Source: Octopus bimaculoides
Taxonomy: Eukaryota
Length of the DNA: 63,771 nt
Assembly: GCF_001194135.2 (NCBI RefSeq)
Contig: NC_068988.1
Location: 31,501,963-31,565,733 of the forward strand
Direction of reading: 5' to 3'
Numbering within the stretch: position 1 is the stretch's first letter; every line of letters starts with the position of its first letter. Below, one piece after another: positions 13,501 to 25,928 of the stretch. The position numbers and the translations under genes were made by a program. Under the pieces are notes generated by a model that saw nothing but the letters and a program-made list of their open reading frames with translations, ran no database searches and had not been told where the DNA came from.

Positions 13501-15111
13501 NNNNNNNNNNNNNNNNNNNNNNNNNNNNNNNNNNNNNNNNNNNNNNNNNNNNNNNNNNNNNNNNNNNNNNNNNNNNNNNNNNNNNNNNNNNNNNNNNNNN
13601 NNNNNNNNNNNNNNNNNNNNNNNNNNNNNNNNNNNNNNNNNNNNNNNNNNNNNNNNNNNNNNNNNNNNNNNNNNNNNNNNNNNNNNNNNNNNNNNNNNNN
13701 NNNNNNNNNNNNNNNNNNNNNNNNNNNNNNNNNNNNNNNNNNNNNNNNNNNNNNNNNNNNNNNNNNNNNNNNNNNNNNNNNNNNNNNNNNNNNNNNNNNN
13801 NNNNNNNNNNNNNNNNNNNNNNNNNNNNNNNNNNNNNNNNNNNNNNNNNNNNNNNNNNNNNNNNNNNNNNNNNNNNNNNNNNNNNNNNNNNNNNNNNNNN
13901 NNNNNNNNNNNNNNNNNNNNNNNNNNNNNNNNNNNNNNNNNNNNNNNNNNNNNNNNNNNNNNNNNNNNNNNNNNNNNNNNNNNNNNNNNNNNNNNNNNNN
14001 NNNNNNNNNNNNNNNNNNNNNNNNNNNNNNNNNNNNNNNNNNNNNNNNNNNNNNNNNNNNNNNNNNNNNNNNNNNNNNNNNNNNNNNNNNNNNNNNNNNN
14101 NNNNNATTTAGAAAATATATTTTTCATCTACTGGTGTACACGTATAACATGTATGTTACCATTACAGGTTCTGTCGAACGGAGAAATATTGTTCAAAATG
14201 GGACATGACTTGAATTTAATACAAAACAATTAAGTTTTGTGAACGTGTTTGTCTGTGTGTGTGTATAGATAGATAGAAATACATGCATATATGTATATAT
14301 ATGTGTGTGGGTGTGTGTGTGTGTGTGTTCTCAAAGGTACTACTATTTTCTGTCTCCAAATGCAGGGCTCAGCGTGTCTCATCAGGTGCTGAAAAAGTTC
14401 TGTAGATGTATACACTCGTTTTCTGTTACACCAGTTAGAGCTGCTCTGCACCACCCACAGATGTAGGCGACAAAAATTCCGCACAGCTGGTCGAGTTGTT
14501 TAGTAAGATCTTGTGGCTCTAGGTCTGTTGTTTCTACCATCCTCAATACTCTTTCTTTCGCTTCGCCACGCCTCCTCTGTCTCTCCCTCCTCCCTCTCTC
14601 TCTCTCTTAAGCTCTCTCTCGAGCTCTCTCTTGAGCCAGATGTGATGGCTTACTATCTCTGTTGACAGTTTTCGAGCAGCACAGATTTTCTGCTTTTTTC
14701 CTTGTCCAAGAAATCTGGGTTTCTAGTAAATCGTATGGGCAGTGAGACAATACAATGCGAGAGTACTACCTTCTCCCTGCTTTCTTAGACATAGTGTACG
14801 GCCCCTGAATAATAGATTCTTTACTGTGCTTTGAAGTTGGATTCGCACACTAATTCCGCATGTAATAGGTTAATCGCTATCGACTCAATCCAGCATTTGT
14901 TTACGGAAATTTGTGATTTTTATCTTTTTATGACTTCAATTGTCGACAAAGTTCGTATTCTTTGAATTTGCTTATTTAAATGGTTTTGAAATTATTTCCT
15001 TGTCCTTGTGTAAAACTCTGGTTATCCACATAATACGTCGTGGGTAGTCTCCTTCTCCTTCCCTTTAAATGTGTCTGTTTGTTTGTGTGTGTTGGTGTGT
15101 TTGAATATTTC

Positions 15112-15169
<58 letters not shown>

Positions 15170-15524
15170 CATGTGCGTGTGCGTGTGTGTAGGCATGTGT
15201 GAATGTGTGCTGTGTGTATATGTGCGCTGTGTGTGTATGTGTGCTGTGTGCTTATGTGTGCTGTGTGTGTACATGTGATGTATATGCATAACGTGTGCAT
15301 CCGTCCCGTAGTCGAAAAAGAAATCATACTCTTCAGTCTCGTGTGCCTATTGTTATTGTTATATCGCCCCACATCATTCTACATGGGGCTAATTTATGGT
15401 ACTCTGAACCAGGCTCAACTCAGAGTTTCTTTTCTCCAGTTTCACCATCTCTTTACTACGCTGAGTAAGGATATTTTGCTAATATCATAAGCAAGAAATT
15501 GCTTATATTATGTTCGTTGAAAAT

Positions 15525-15630
15525 GGTATAAAACGAACCAATTAAGCACTTGGGTCGATTTAATCGGCTTTCTCCTTCTCCCAAAATTTCAGGCCCTCTG
15601 CCTATTCGAGAAAAAATTATTTATTTATCT
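15525..15630 (+). mobile_element. SINE family A, 3' fragment
   Basis: ACCAATTAAGCACTTGGGTCGATTTAATCG...AAAATTTCAGGCC followed by an ATT-rich tail. Confidence 0.65.
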
Positions 15631-15655
15631 ATTTATTATTATTAATATTGTTTTT

Positions 15656-15895
15656 AGGCGGCGAACTTGCAGAATCATTAGCACGCCGTGTGAAATACTT
15701 AGCGGTATTTCGTCTGCCGCTATGTTCTGAGTTCAAATTCCGCCGAGGTCGGCTTTGCCTTTCATCGTTTCGCAGTCGATGAATTAAGTAACAGTTGAAC
15801 ATTAGTGTCGATCTAATTGACTGGCGTTCTCCCACCAAATCTCAGGCCTTGTACCTATCGTAGAAAGGATTATTATTATTATTATTATTATTATT
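15656..15895 (+). mobile_element. SINE family A, near full-length, (ATT)n tail
   Basis: tRNA-like head AGGCGGCGAACTTGCAGAATC with B-box-like GAGTTCAAATTCC. Central domain GCTTTGCCTTTCATCGTTTCGCAGTCGATGAATTAAGTAACAG resembles, from memory, the Meta-SINE domain. Ends in (ATT)n. Confidence 0.88.
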
Positions 15896-15896
15896 A

Positions 15897-16086
15897 AGGC
15901 AGCGAGTGGGCGAAATGCTTAGCGGTATTTTGACTGCCGCTAAGTTCCAAGTTCAAATTCCGCCGAGGTCGACTTGGCCTTTTATCCATTCTGGGTCGAT
16001 AAATCAAGTACCAGTGAAATATTGGGGATGATGTAATCGACTCATCTATTCTCCTATAATGGCTGTCCTTCTGGCAAATTTGGAAA

Positions 16087-16117
<31 letters not shown>
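15897..16117 (+). mobile_element. SINE family A with internally deleted head
   Basis: Starts immediately after the previous (ATT)n tail; same B box and central domain; (ATT)n tail. Confidence 0.85.
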
Positions 16118-16694
16118 GGTTATTTTTTTCTTCATGATCTTTGACAACTATATCTGGTCTATTTGCCTTAATTTCTCTATCTGTGTGTATTGGCANNNNN
16201 NNNNNNNNNNNNNNNNNNNNNNNNNNNNNNNNNNNNNNNNNNNNNNNNNNNNNNNNNNNNNNNNNNNNNNNNNNNNNNNNNNNNNNNNNNNNNNNNNNNN
16301 NNNNNNNNNNNNNNNNNNNNNNNNNNNNNNNNNNNNNNNNNNNNNNNNNNNNNNNNNNNNNNNNNNNNNNNNNNNNNNNNNNNNNNNNNNNNNNNNNNNN
16401 NNNNNNNNNNNNNNNNNNNNNNNNNNNNNNNNNNNNNNNNNNNNNNNNNNNNNNNNNNNNNNNNNNNNNNNNNNNNNNNNNNNNNNNNNNNNNNNNNNNN
16501 NNNNNNNNNNNNNNNNNNNNNNNNNNNNNNNNNNNNNNNNNNNNNNNNNNNNNNNNNNNNNNNNNNNNNNNNNNNNNNNNNNNNNNNNNNNNNNNNNNNN
16601 NNNNNNNNNNNNNNCATGAGCACTATCTTTTGAACATCAGCCATTTTGGGGTTTCCTGGTATCTGAGCTAGGTAGTAATCAGCCCGTTTCGCTG

Positions 16695-16756
<62 letters not shown>

Positions 16757-16827
16757 AATGAGCATTCAACATTAATTATAGAGGTCATGTGGTTTCATTT
16801 GTCCACCACTAATAGGTCCGGCTTCTT

Positions 16828-17040
16828 GTGCAGAAGCATCCTGTTCGTTTGGATTGGCAAAATGTTTAGCAGCATTTCGTCCGTCTTCACATTCTGATTT
16901 CAGGTTCCGCTGAGATCGACTTTGCCTTTCATCCTTTCGGAGTCGATAAAATAGGTACCAGTTGAGTACTGGGGTTAATGTAATCGACGTACCCCCTTTC
17001 TTAAGGTTCAGGTCTTGTGCCTATAGCAGAAAGGCTTATT
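16828..17040 (+). mobile_element. SINE family A copy
   Basis: AAAATGTTTAGCAGCATTTCGTCCG...GACTTTGCCTTTCATCCTTTCGGAGTCGATAAAATAGGTACCAGTTGAGTACTGGGG. Confidence 0.85.
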
Positions 17041-17049
17041 TCGCTGTCT

Positions 17050-18560
17050 AGGCGGCGAGCTAGTAGAATATTTACCGCGCCGGATAAAATGCTTAGATGC
17101 ATTTTCTTTTTCCCTTTTTCTTCTTATTTTTTTTAAGGGACAATACAGGACAGACAGTTCATGGGGGTCAAACAAGCATACGGATAATGAAAAAGTAGAA
17201 ATGATGAAAATGGAGTGATGCACATTGGACCCCACAAACCACGCATCATCACTTGTCTTCTTTTATGTTTAAGTCATCTCAATTATACATGTAACAAGGC
17301 ATTCACTCTTCATTTGCAAATCAGGACAGACAAAATTGGTTGGAGCAGCATAAGACTAGATAACATGTAACACTTGATGAAAAAGGAATGTCGCATTGTC
17401 TTTTGATCTTCTTTTAAGATCACTGGTATTCACATTCAATCATCTCACTTATACATGTAGCAAGGCATACACTCTTCATTCACAGTACAGGCCAAACAAA
17501 ATGGATTAAATCAACATATTAATTAACATGTAGCAATTGATGAAAAAGAACATTGCATTCATTATATTTTGAGTTCGCTGTTGTTCGGGTATGGAGGGGC
17601 TAAATATGGGGTTCTGTAGACTATTGTTTTGTGTTTTGTGCTGTACATCACTTCTTCTGGGGGAGTCAGCTTCATGCTCGCACCTTCCCTCTGCAATAGG
17701 CTTTTATATTTTGAGAGCACGCCCGCGTCGACTTGCACTGTTTCGCTAGTGACGCCGGCCACGGACGCGTGTTTCATTTTCCCTTTACCGTTCTGTATTT
17801 CAATTCGGAGGTCGGTTTTATCCTTTTCTAGTATGTTTTCTTCTTCCTTCGTTTGGCAAAATGGAAGGGCGGGTAACATTTGTTTCGCACAATTCCTCCA
17901 AGAAGAAGTCTGGAATAACATACTGGGAGGCGTCAACTTCCATGTTGTACTGATGTGTAAAACCTTTTCCATAAAGGAACACAATTCGCCCCTAAGCAGT
18001 GAGAATTCACACAAAAAACGAACCTGCTAGAACAGGCAATATGTGTAAAAGACACAGAAAATAGCAAAGGTTGTATAGCAGTTCAAACACACAACGTTAA
18101 TTTCAAAAGGGAAAACCTACAATTAAACGAGAGCATCAGAAAAATACATCTCTTCAGTCCAGTCTGCTACCTCTTATATATATATATATNNNNNNNNNNN
18201 NNNNNNNNNNNNNNNNNNNNNNNNNNNNNNNNNNNNNNNNNNNNNNNNNNNNNNNNNNNNNNNNNNNNNNNNNNNNNNNNNNNNNNNNNNNNNNNNNNNN
18301 NNNNNNNNNNNNNNNNNNNNNNNNNNNNNNNNNNNNNNNNNNNNNNNNNNNNNNNNNNNNNNNNNNNNNNNNNNNNTATATATATCGCTTGGAGGCATTT
18401 CACTCTTCTTTAGGTTCTGAGTTCAAATTCTGACGAGGTCAACCTTGCCTTTCAACCTTTCGGTGTCGACAAAATATGGACCAGTTAAATAATGAGGTTA
18501 ATGTAAACTCCTAACCCACTCACAACAAATATCAGGCCTTTTGCCTAAAATTGAGAGAAT
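17050..18560 (+). mobile_element. SINE family A copy split by an insertion (head 17050-17104, body 18395-18560)
   Basis: The head ends at GCATTT (17099-17104) and the body resumes at GCATTT (18395-18400) at the expected consensus position. Confidence 0.65.
17105..18394 (-). mobile_element. Unclassified retroposed insert with A-rich tail and short ORF
   Basis: On the minus strand it ends in an A-rich tail at 17105-17135 and holds an ORF at 17562-18014 (first ATG near 17972). Flanked by duplicated GCATTT. An N-gap hides the 5' end. Confidence 0.4.
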
Positions 18561-18564
18561 CATT

Positions 18565-18725
18565 TCGTCCATCTTTAACTTCTACGTTCAAATGCTGCCG
18601 AGGCGGATTTTCATCGTTTCGGGGTTGATAGAATATATACCAGTTGAGCACTGGGGTAAATGTAATCGGCTTTCCTACTCCTCTTAAAATTGCTGACTTT
18701 GCGCCAAAATTCAAAACATTTATTA
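18565..18725 (+). mobile_element. SINE family A, 5'-truncated
   Basis: ACGTTCAAATGCTGCCGAGG...TTTCATCGTTTCGGGGTTGATAG...ACCAGTTGAGCACTGGGGTAAATGTAATCG. Confidence 0.75.
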
Positions 18726-18939
18726 TCATTTGTAGTATTATTACAGCTATTAACATTACTGCCAGAGTTCTTGTTTCCCAGGCAACAGTTAACTTCAAAG
18801 TGTTGTATTGACTTGAAGTCTATTTTGAAATTTGTTTTATTTTCGGAGTTGATTTACTTATATTTTTATAATTCTTCCTAGTTGAATAATATTTTGAGTG
18901 GCTTGTTGCCTCTCAGTTCGTGCCTAAGTGTGCAGTGTA

Positions 18940-18986
<47 letters not shown>

Positions 18987-19092
18987 CGTGCACGGTTTCT
19001 ATTCAGTATTTTTGTTTTATTCTGGAATACTGTTTCCCAAAACGAATATTTTCACAATGTCAATAATAGTTTCTTTTGATAATACACAAAAC

Positions 19093-19881
19093 TTATTTTC
19101 TAAAAGCAGAAGCTGTAGTCGATCGAATCGACATAGAATATAATTTGCTGTTTGTTTTAACAATGAAAACGCGATAAAAGGGAAATTTGACCCCCGACGG
19201 GACTTGAGCACAAATACACTGATATTGTAAAACTAAACTCCGAATAGCATTTAAACTGGTTGCAGCATCACTTCTAGTTGCTCTGAAATCAATAATAGAT
19301 GGTTTTCGTATCATTGAAGTTACCGGTGGCTAATTAAAGATTATCACCACCAAAGTAATACGTGTAAATTGTGATCCCTTCAGTTCCACTCCTACAAATC
19401 TTCTGCGACTTTGAACCTTAATGTGTGTGTAAAAAGAATCGTATGCTCGACAGTTTGTTTTACAGACATCTATAAAATCTCGGGTAGTAGGTTTTGCATG
19501 CAAGAAGTTAAAATTAGTCACACACATGAACTGATTTACTCACTAGTCATACTGGCAACAAACCAAAGAGGTGAAAAACTTGCTATTGACTTCTTGATGT
19601 TATTGATCCTGTGGCTAATGTTATTTAGGCGCAGGTCAGCCATTATCAATCAGGCTTATGATCAAAGGCTTCCCATGCTTGACCATCCCTTTAGTTATTT
19701 ACACATTGTGTTTCCTGGGGTACTTTTTCCAGTGAATCCTTCCATTATTTGAGAGAAACATGGTTGTTGATTTTAATAGGTAGGTTAACTCGCTGACTTG
19801 ACCACTTAAAGGGAGTGTTTTGGAATTGCCACTCTTGGTATGTTTTATTGTGTAGTAGAGAAGCCTAAACGCCGGGGACAA
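19093..19881 (-). pseudogene. Possible heavily decayed class A GPCR-like pseudogene
   Basis: Segments across frames occur in GPCR order: LLYYTIKHTK (TM1 end), QVSELTYLL (TM2), PGNTMCK..GWSSMGSL...MADLR (ECL1/TM3), LWFVAS (TM4), RITLVVIIFN (TM6), NSKLYSMS...AFRK (TM7/H8). Pattern match by eye only. Confidence 0.22.
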
Positions 19882-20065
19882 ATTAAATGCCTGAAATACT
19901 TTGTTTCAATATTCTAAGGGATGGGGTTCAAGCTCCAGCTTGTTTGAATTTCGTACTTATATCTTTGATGATGATAAAATAAGCAGTATTTATTAACAAG
20001 TTGTACTCCATCATCTCTATTTACTCCCCACACAATTATGATTTTTAACCAAAGTAAGATAGTAT

Positions 20066-20285
20066 AGGTCGGCGAGCCGGCAGGATCGTTAACGCGTTTG
20101 CCAAAATGCTTAGCGCATTTCTCCCGACTCTTTACGTTCTCATTTCAACTACCACCGAAGTCGATTTTCCCTTCGGGGTCGATAAATTTAGCACTGGTGG
20201 AGCACTGGCGCCGATATAATCGACTGCTTATTCCCTTAGAAATTATTATCCGTGTGCCAAAATTTACAATCATTATTCAGTAACA
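20066..20285 (+). mobile_element. SINE family A, diverged full-length
   Basis: AGGTCGGCGAGCCGGCAGGATCGTTA...AAATGCTTAGCGCATTTC...CCTTCGGGGTCGATAAAT. Confidence 0.8.
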
Positions 20286-20759
20286 ATTGTTACTATTTAG
20301 TATCTTATCATGCCGGCTTTTAATCAGAAGTATTCCATCCATAAATATCCAATTTTTATAACGGTACGTACAAATTCTATTATTTTCTGTCTCCTCAGTA
20401 TTTAAGAAAAGGTGAGACTTGAGGAGTATTAACTTGCTATAACTAGCAAACAGGTTGCTTTCCCTTTGGTTCTTTAGTGATGAGGATAAAACATGAAAAG
20501 CACACAAGTTTGTTGATATGGAAGTTGTGTTTATTCATTCATTTATTTATTTAACTTTTTACAAACCAAAAGTCACTCTAAACAAGCAGTCGTATGGCAT
20601 GCAGATAGTCGACCTACATATGAAGCACAAACTATGAATCCATTTCCTTATGATTATGTTCGACATTCCGAAATACAATGATTATTCATATCGAGTGTAG
20701 CGTGACATTCAGTCTTGACATGATGTATTTTCTCGACTGTCCTGTCTATTCTAATATAA

Positions 20760-21500
20760 CCAAGGCAAGTAAAATGGATTCAGTGTGCGGTAACTCTTGC
20801 TCATCTGCATTTCATTTTGGGAATATGCACTCCTACTACTGAAGCATTAGAATTTGGAAATATTTTGGTGTAAATGTTTGTTGTTCTTTTGTAGTTGTCT
20901 GGGTTGGATGGATGTAGAGTAAGATCGTCTATGTAGTCTAATTTAGAAAAAATCTGGAAGGCCGAGAGTTCATTTCAGGTGAAAAGAATGTTTTTAGAAT
21001 TTTGAATTACGGCTACAAGAATGTCATATCTCATGATAATATTCTCTAGTTACGCAAAAGTAATTTTAATGTTAGTGATATTGTACTGTACAATTTTAGA
21101 TTATTTTTGCGTCACGTTTGGAAAGATTAGGTTTGTGTATAAAGCTTTTGATTTTTAAATGCATTCTGTTGGGAAATTGTTCTACTGGAAATGGAACTAG
21201 TAACAGAAATTTCCTCAGATATCGTTGCTGGTATTATTTTTTGTTATCACCATTGTTCTTTCCACTTAAATTCGTGTGTATTTCTAGAATATGTGTATAT
21301 CGTCTTGTTTGTTACTATTTGTCGAAATGTTTTGCAGATTTGTTAGAAACTCGCCACTATGGATGTTTTAGATACTACTTTACAGAGATTAGGATACATT
21401 TTTGTTCTCTGGCAGTATTCAAACATGATTGAGAAAATATTTCTATATCGAGAAATTAGCATTCGATTGGCATTCAGCCGTCCCCATCTTGTATCTTTTT
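20760..21500 (-). mobile_element. Decayed non-LTR retrotransposon RT, RTE-like
   Basis: Minus-strand LDYIDDLTL (20912-20941) matches the RT YADD-type motif. The upstream segment (GRLNA...IMFEYC...YPNLCKVV...SSRTISQQ) fits RT domains 0-2. Many stops. Confidence 0.5.
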
Positions 21501-23578
21501 TGGATTACAGACAAATGTATCGTACATAACAATTCTACTTCAAGCATTATTTTATAAAGCAATCAAATGCATACAAAAATATTAGTTTCAAATTTTGGCA
21601 CAAAGCCAGCGGTTTTAGGGAGGGCAAAGTCGATTGAATTGGAGCATAGAGACAGACAAAATATCGCCAAGCATCTTCCTTGGTGTGCTAAAGATTCTGC
21701 CAACTTGACGCTTTTATATGCAGAAATATTGGCAATTAATATGTATAAAACTTTTTACATGTAGACAAGGGGCTCATCCACAGTTATTCCATATACTTGT
21801 AGAGCACCATTACACCTTCAAAGTAGTCAGTTATTTTAATTTATTTCCACTCATCCCCAAATGGTGGCAAATACTGGACATTTCCATGGTATTATATCTT
21901 GATGTTACTACAAACAAGAATGATATTAAGTGTACAGTTCGCTGTCTTTCTTTACCAGTTGGTGAGTGTTTAGAAGAAACAGTCAACAGCCACAGGTATG
22001 CCTACGTTTCATTTGTGGATGGCGTTTTTTATGTGGTAGCTGATTTTACTTATGAAATCGGAACGTGTTGACTATGAAAAAGCGTTCCAGTTCTTCGCTC
22101 AGTGAAAGCGAATACTCTTGTATTATAAGACAGGCATTAAAGAGTAGATTGGCAGAAACTTTATATCATCGGTCATCTAACTTACGTTATATATTCCAGA
22201 TCTTTATGTTCAGAGTTTAGATAAATTCCCAGTTCAATTTTGTTGTTTTTCCTTCTGGAAGTGATAAATGGAGTACCACTCAAGTTCTGAACCAATCTAA
22301 CCGATCATGGCCGCTCTATCATCATTTTCCTTATAGCTTTCCTATTCAGATTAAAATTTTTGCGTTTGCTTCAAAATTAGATATGTTAATTAAAATTATA
22401 TTAATCTTTTTCATATCATCCGAAGCAAGTATAAGCAGCCAAAAGTACAGTGTACACCAATACACAAGGCTCCATCGCAATTATTTCTTACTCGTAGTAA
22501 CTATTCACATTCCAAAATCCACCCTTCGTAGTTACTTAAATACTTTAGGTATGTATGTATGTATGTATCTTTCTCTCTTTCTCTCAATATATATATATTT
22601 ATATATATAATATATATACACACACACATATATATNNNNNNNNNNNNNNNNNNNNNNNNNNNNNNNNNNNNNNNNNNNNNNNNNNNNNNNNNNNNNNNNN
22701 NNNNNNNNNNNNNNNNNNNNNNNNNNNNNNNNNNNNNNNNNNNNNNNNNNNNNNNNNNNNNNNNNNNNNNNNNNNNNNNNNNNNNNNNNNNNNNNNNNNN
22801 NNNNNNNNNNNNNNNNNNNNNNNNNNNNNNNNNNNNNNNNNNNNNNNNNNNNNNNNNNNNNNNNNNNNNNNNNNNNNNNNNNNNNNNNNNNNNNNNNNNN
22901 NNNNNNNNNNNNNNNNNNNNNNNNNNNNNNNNNNNNNNNNNNNNNNNNNNNNNNNNNNNNNNNNNNNNNNNNNNNNNNNNNNNNNNNNNNNNNNNNNNNN
23001 NNNNNNNNNNNNNNNNNNNNNNNNNNNNNNNNNNNNNNNNNNNNNNNNNNNNNNNNNNNNNNNNNNNNNNNNNNNNNNNNNNNNNNNNNNNNNNNNNNNN
23101 NNNNNNNNNNNNNNNNNNNNNNNNNNNNNNNNNNNNNNNNNNNNNNNNNNNNNNNNNNNNNNNNNNNNNNNNNNNNNNNNNNNNNNNNNNNNNNNNNNNN
23201 NNNNNNNNNNNNNNNNNNNNNNNNNNNNNNNNNNNNNNNNNNNNNNNNNNNNNNNNNNNNNNNNNNNNNNNNNNNNNNNNNNNNNNNNNNNNNNNNNNNN
23301 NNNNNNNNNNNNNNNNNNNNNNNNNNNNNNNNNNNNNNNNNNNNNNNNNNNNNNNNNNNNNNNNNNNNNNNNNNNNNNNNNNNNNNNNNNNNNNNNNNNN
23401 NNNNNNNNNNNNNNNNNNNNNNNNNNNNNNNNNNNNNNNNNNNNNNNNNNNNNNNNNNNNNNNNNNNNNNNNNNNNNNNNNNNNNNNNNNNNNNNNNNNN
23501 NNNNNNNNNNNNNNNNNNNNNNNNNNNNNNNNNNNNNNNNNNNNNNNNNNNNNNNNNNNNNNNNNNNNNNNNNNNNNN

Positions 23579-23620
<42 letters not shown>

Positions 23621-24619
23621 TGTGTATGTGTGTGATAGTGTGCGTGTGCAAGTGTGTGTGTTTGTGCATGTACTTTATTTCTCTGTATATTTCGATTATA
23701 ACACTGTATACGTTTAAACTTGCCATAAACCTGAGGCAGATTCAACCTAACAGTGGATATGACAACTTAGAACTTTTGCATGATATATGTAGAACATCCC
23801 TGAGACCGTTCACGCAATTTCCGTATACAGAGTCTCTGGTGGAACACGCTTGTTTATCATATCATGCAATGCGATCGAACCAGGAAGATAAATTTTTGAA
23901 AAGCGAAAAAATCTTAACCACTCAAACATTGCTTTGTTTTAATGTGTTTCTAAACAATGCTTTCCGTATATGTCTAAACAACAATATGAGAAGTCGAGAT
24001 GCAATAGCAGACGATGTATACACTCCAGAACAACAGCAGACGCAGACATACAATAACATCAGTGCTCATATCAACATTTAAAGCTAAGAGATGAAAATGA
24101 GAGTTATATAATTATACTCAATTTCAAAATGTTTTAAATGTCTGTCTAATGTTCGTCAATTTTTTTTTTTAATCAATTATATTGATTGGTTCAGACGTTT
24201 GACACTTCTCACTTAATTATTTTTTCTTCAGTCTTCGTTTTATTACGATCTACCAGCAAAACTTTACTTTCACTCACACATCTACAAGCAGAAAATGAAA
24301 GAAGTCCTGGTGTTTAATAAACAAACACTATTACAGACAAGTGAAACCAGAGATTTCTTTTCAGTCAGGTGAAAGAACTGAGAGTAAATAAGTAAAATTT
24401 AACTATATGTTTGACTGTATTGTTCCACATTCTTCTTTCTCTCCTCCCCCTCCTCATCATGATGACGATAACGATAACGATGATTATCATCATGATTATC
24501 TCCATCATACTTATCATCATCATCGGAATTTTAGCATTTATATATTGCTTTAAAATTTTACGATTACCATTTACTTTTCTACATGATTTTCACTCAATAT
24601 TTACATGTCCATAGCTTCA

Positions 24620-24634
24620 TTTTTTCTCTCTCTC

Positions 24635-24706
<72 letters not shown>

Positions 24707-24745
24707 ACTCTGTCTGTCTGTCTGTCTGTCTGTCTGTGTCTCTCT
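24620..24745. repeat. (CT)n and (CTGT)n microsatellite
   Basis: Directly visible. Confidence 0.9.
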
Positions 24746-25713
24746 ATATATGAAGAGCTGGGTAGATACGAAATGCACTCACATATGTGTATACATACAT
24801 ATATTGTTATGGGTGCCTGTGAAGATCTGTATCTATTCTATATGTGAGGTGGTCATACACTCACTAGACAGTGTGCTAAAGCAGCTACACCAGCACCTAC
24901 CCTAGGCTTTGTTTTCATTGTTCAGCTGTGTTTTCGAAAGAAGAAACGAAGTCATAATTTGGTCTTCGTCGGGCCGGGACGGGTGCATGCTATTCAAATC
25001 TGACCAGATGGGTGCGGAATTTCAGCGGCACTTGCCGAAATGTACGGAGCGCGTGGTGAGTCGTCGACGGGGATGGATTTCACCTTCTATCTCGACGATA
25101 TGCCATACCTTTCGTTCAGGGATGAAGGATTCTGCAAAATGTTAATAACAACCGAAGACATACGGGACGCGATTACGAGCTGCACAAGGGTCTGGATGGT
25201 TTGCCTTTCGAGTTTTATTTCTTATGCCAGATTGTTCGGTGATCTCTTGGAGTTTGTCGACCACAACTGGCAGCAAAGTGGGAGGATACCCAATGCTGTG
25301 AAGTGTTGTTTAGTGTTGCTGCTGAGAATTGACTCGAAGAAAGGGAATGAAATAGACAAGTTTAGGCCCATAACTCTGCAAGTGCACATTATAAGATTTT
25401 CGCCATGCAGATAGTCAAGAGGTTAGCGCTTGACGTCGATAAGCTATTCAGTTACTCGCAGACATGTGCTGTCCCCAACAGAATTATCCACGACAACCTC
25501 CACCTCACGGGCTACATCACAGAGAGGTAAGGAACCTGGCACGGGCGGGGCCCTGGTTAATTTCGATCAATCAAAAGCTTTCAATAGGGTCGACCACCAA
25601 TACTTTGAAGCCTTCCTCGTGATAACCGGTTTCAGTCCTTCTTTTTAGAAGCTGGATCGCTGGAAAGTACAGCAACAACTGTTCGATGGTCAAAGTAAAT
25701 GCCCACGAGCATA

Positions 25714-25768
25714 TGGCGTAGTGGTTAAGAGCGCGGGCTACTAACCCCAAGATTCCGAGTTCGATTCC
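25714..25768 (+). promoter_or_regulatory. Internal Pol III promoter (A and B box) of family E
   Basis: A box TGGCGTAGTGG (25714-25724) and B box GTTCGATTCC (25759-25768) at tRNA-like spacing. Confidence 0.8.
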
Positions 25769-25784
25769 AAGCAGTAACCTGAAC

Positions 25785-25840
<56 letters not shown>

Positions 25841-25844
25841 TAAC

Positions 25845-25881
<37 letters not shown>

Positions 25882-25928
25882 TGGAAAAATACCTTAGAAA
25901 TGAGAACCTAGGTTCGAAATTTCCCAAA

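Noticed and set aside
19411-19752. Plus-strand ORF containing NQRGEKLAIDFLML, resembling a retroviral env immunosuppressive motif
   Set aside because: No following CX6CC, furin site or LTR context; likely coincidence.
25707-25782. tRNA-like sequences at SINE heads (also 33949, 43898, 46256, 58429, 60577)
   Set aside because: They keep A and B boxes but lack a properly paired acceptor stem and terminator and run into repeat bodies, so they are SINE heads rather than tRNA genes.
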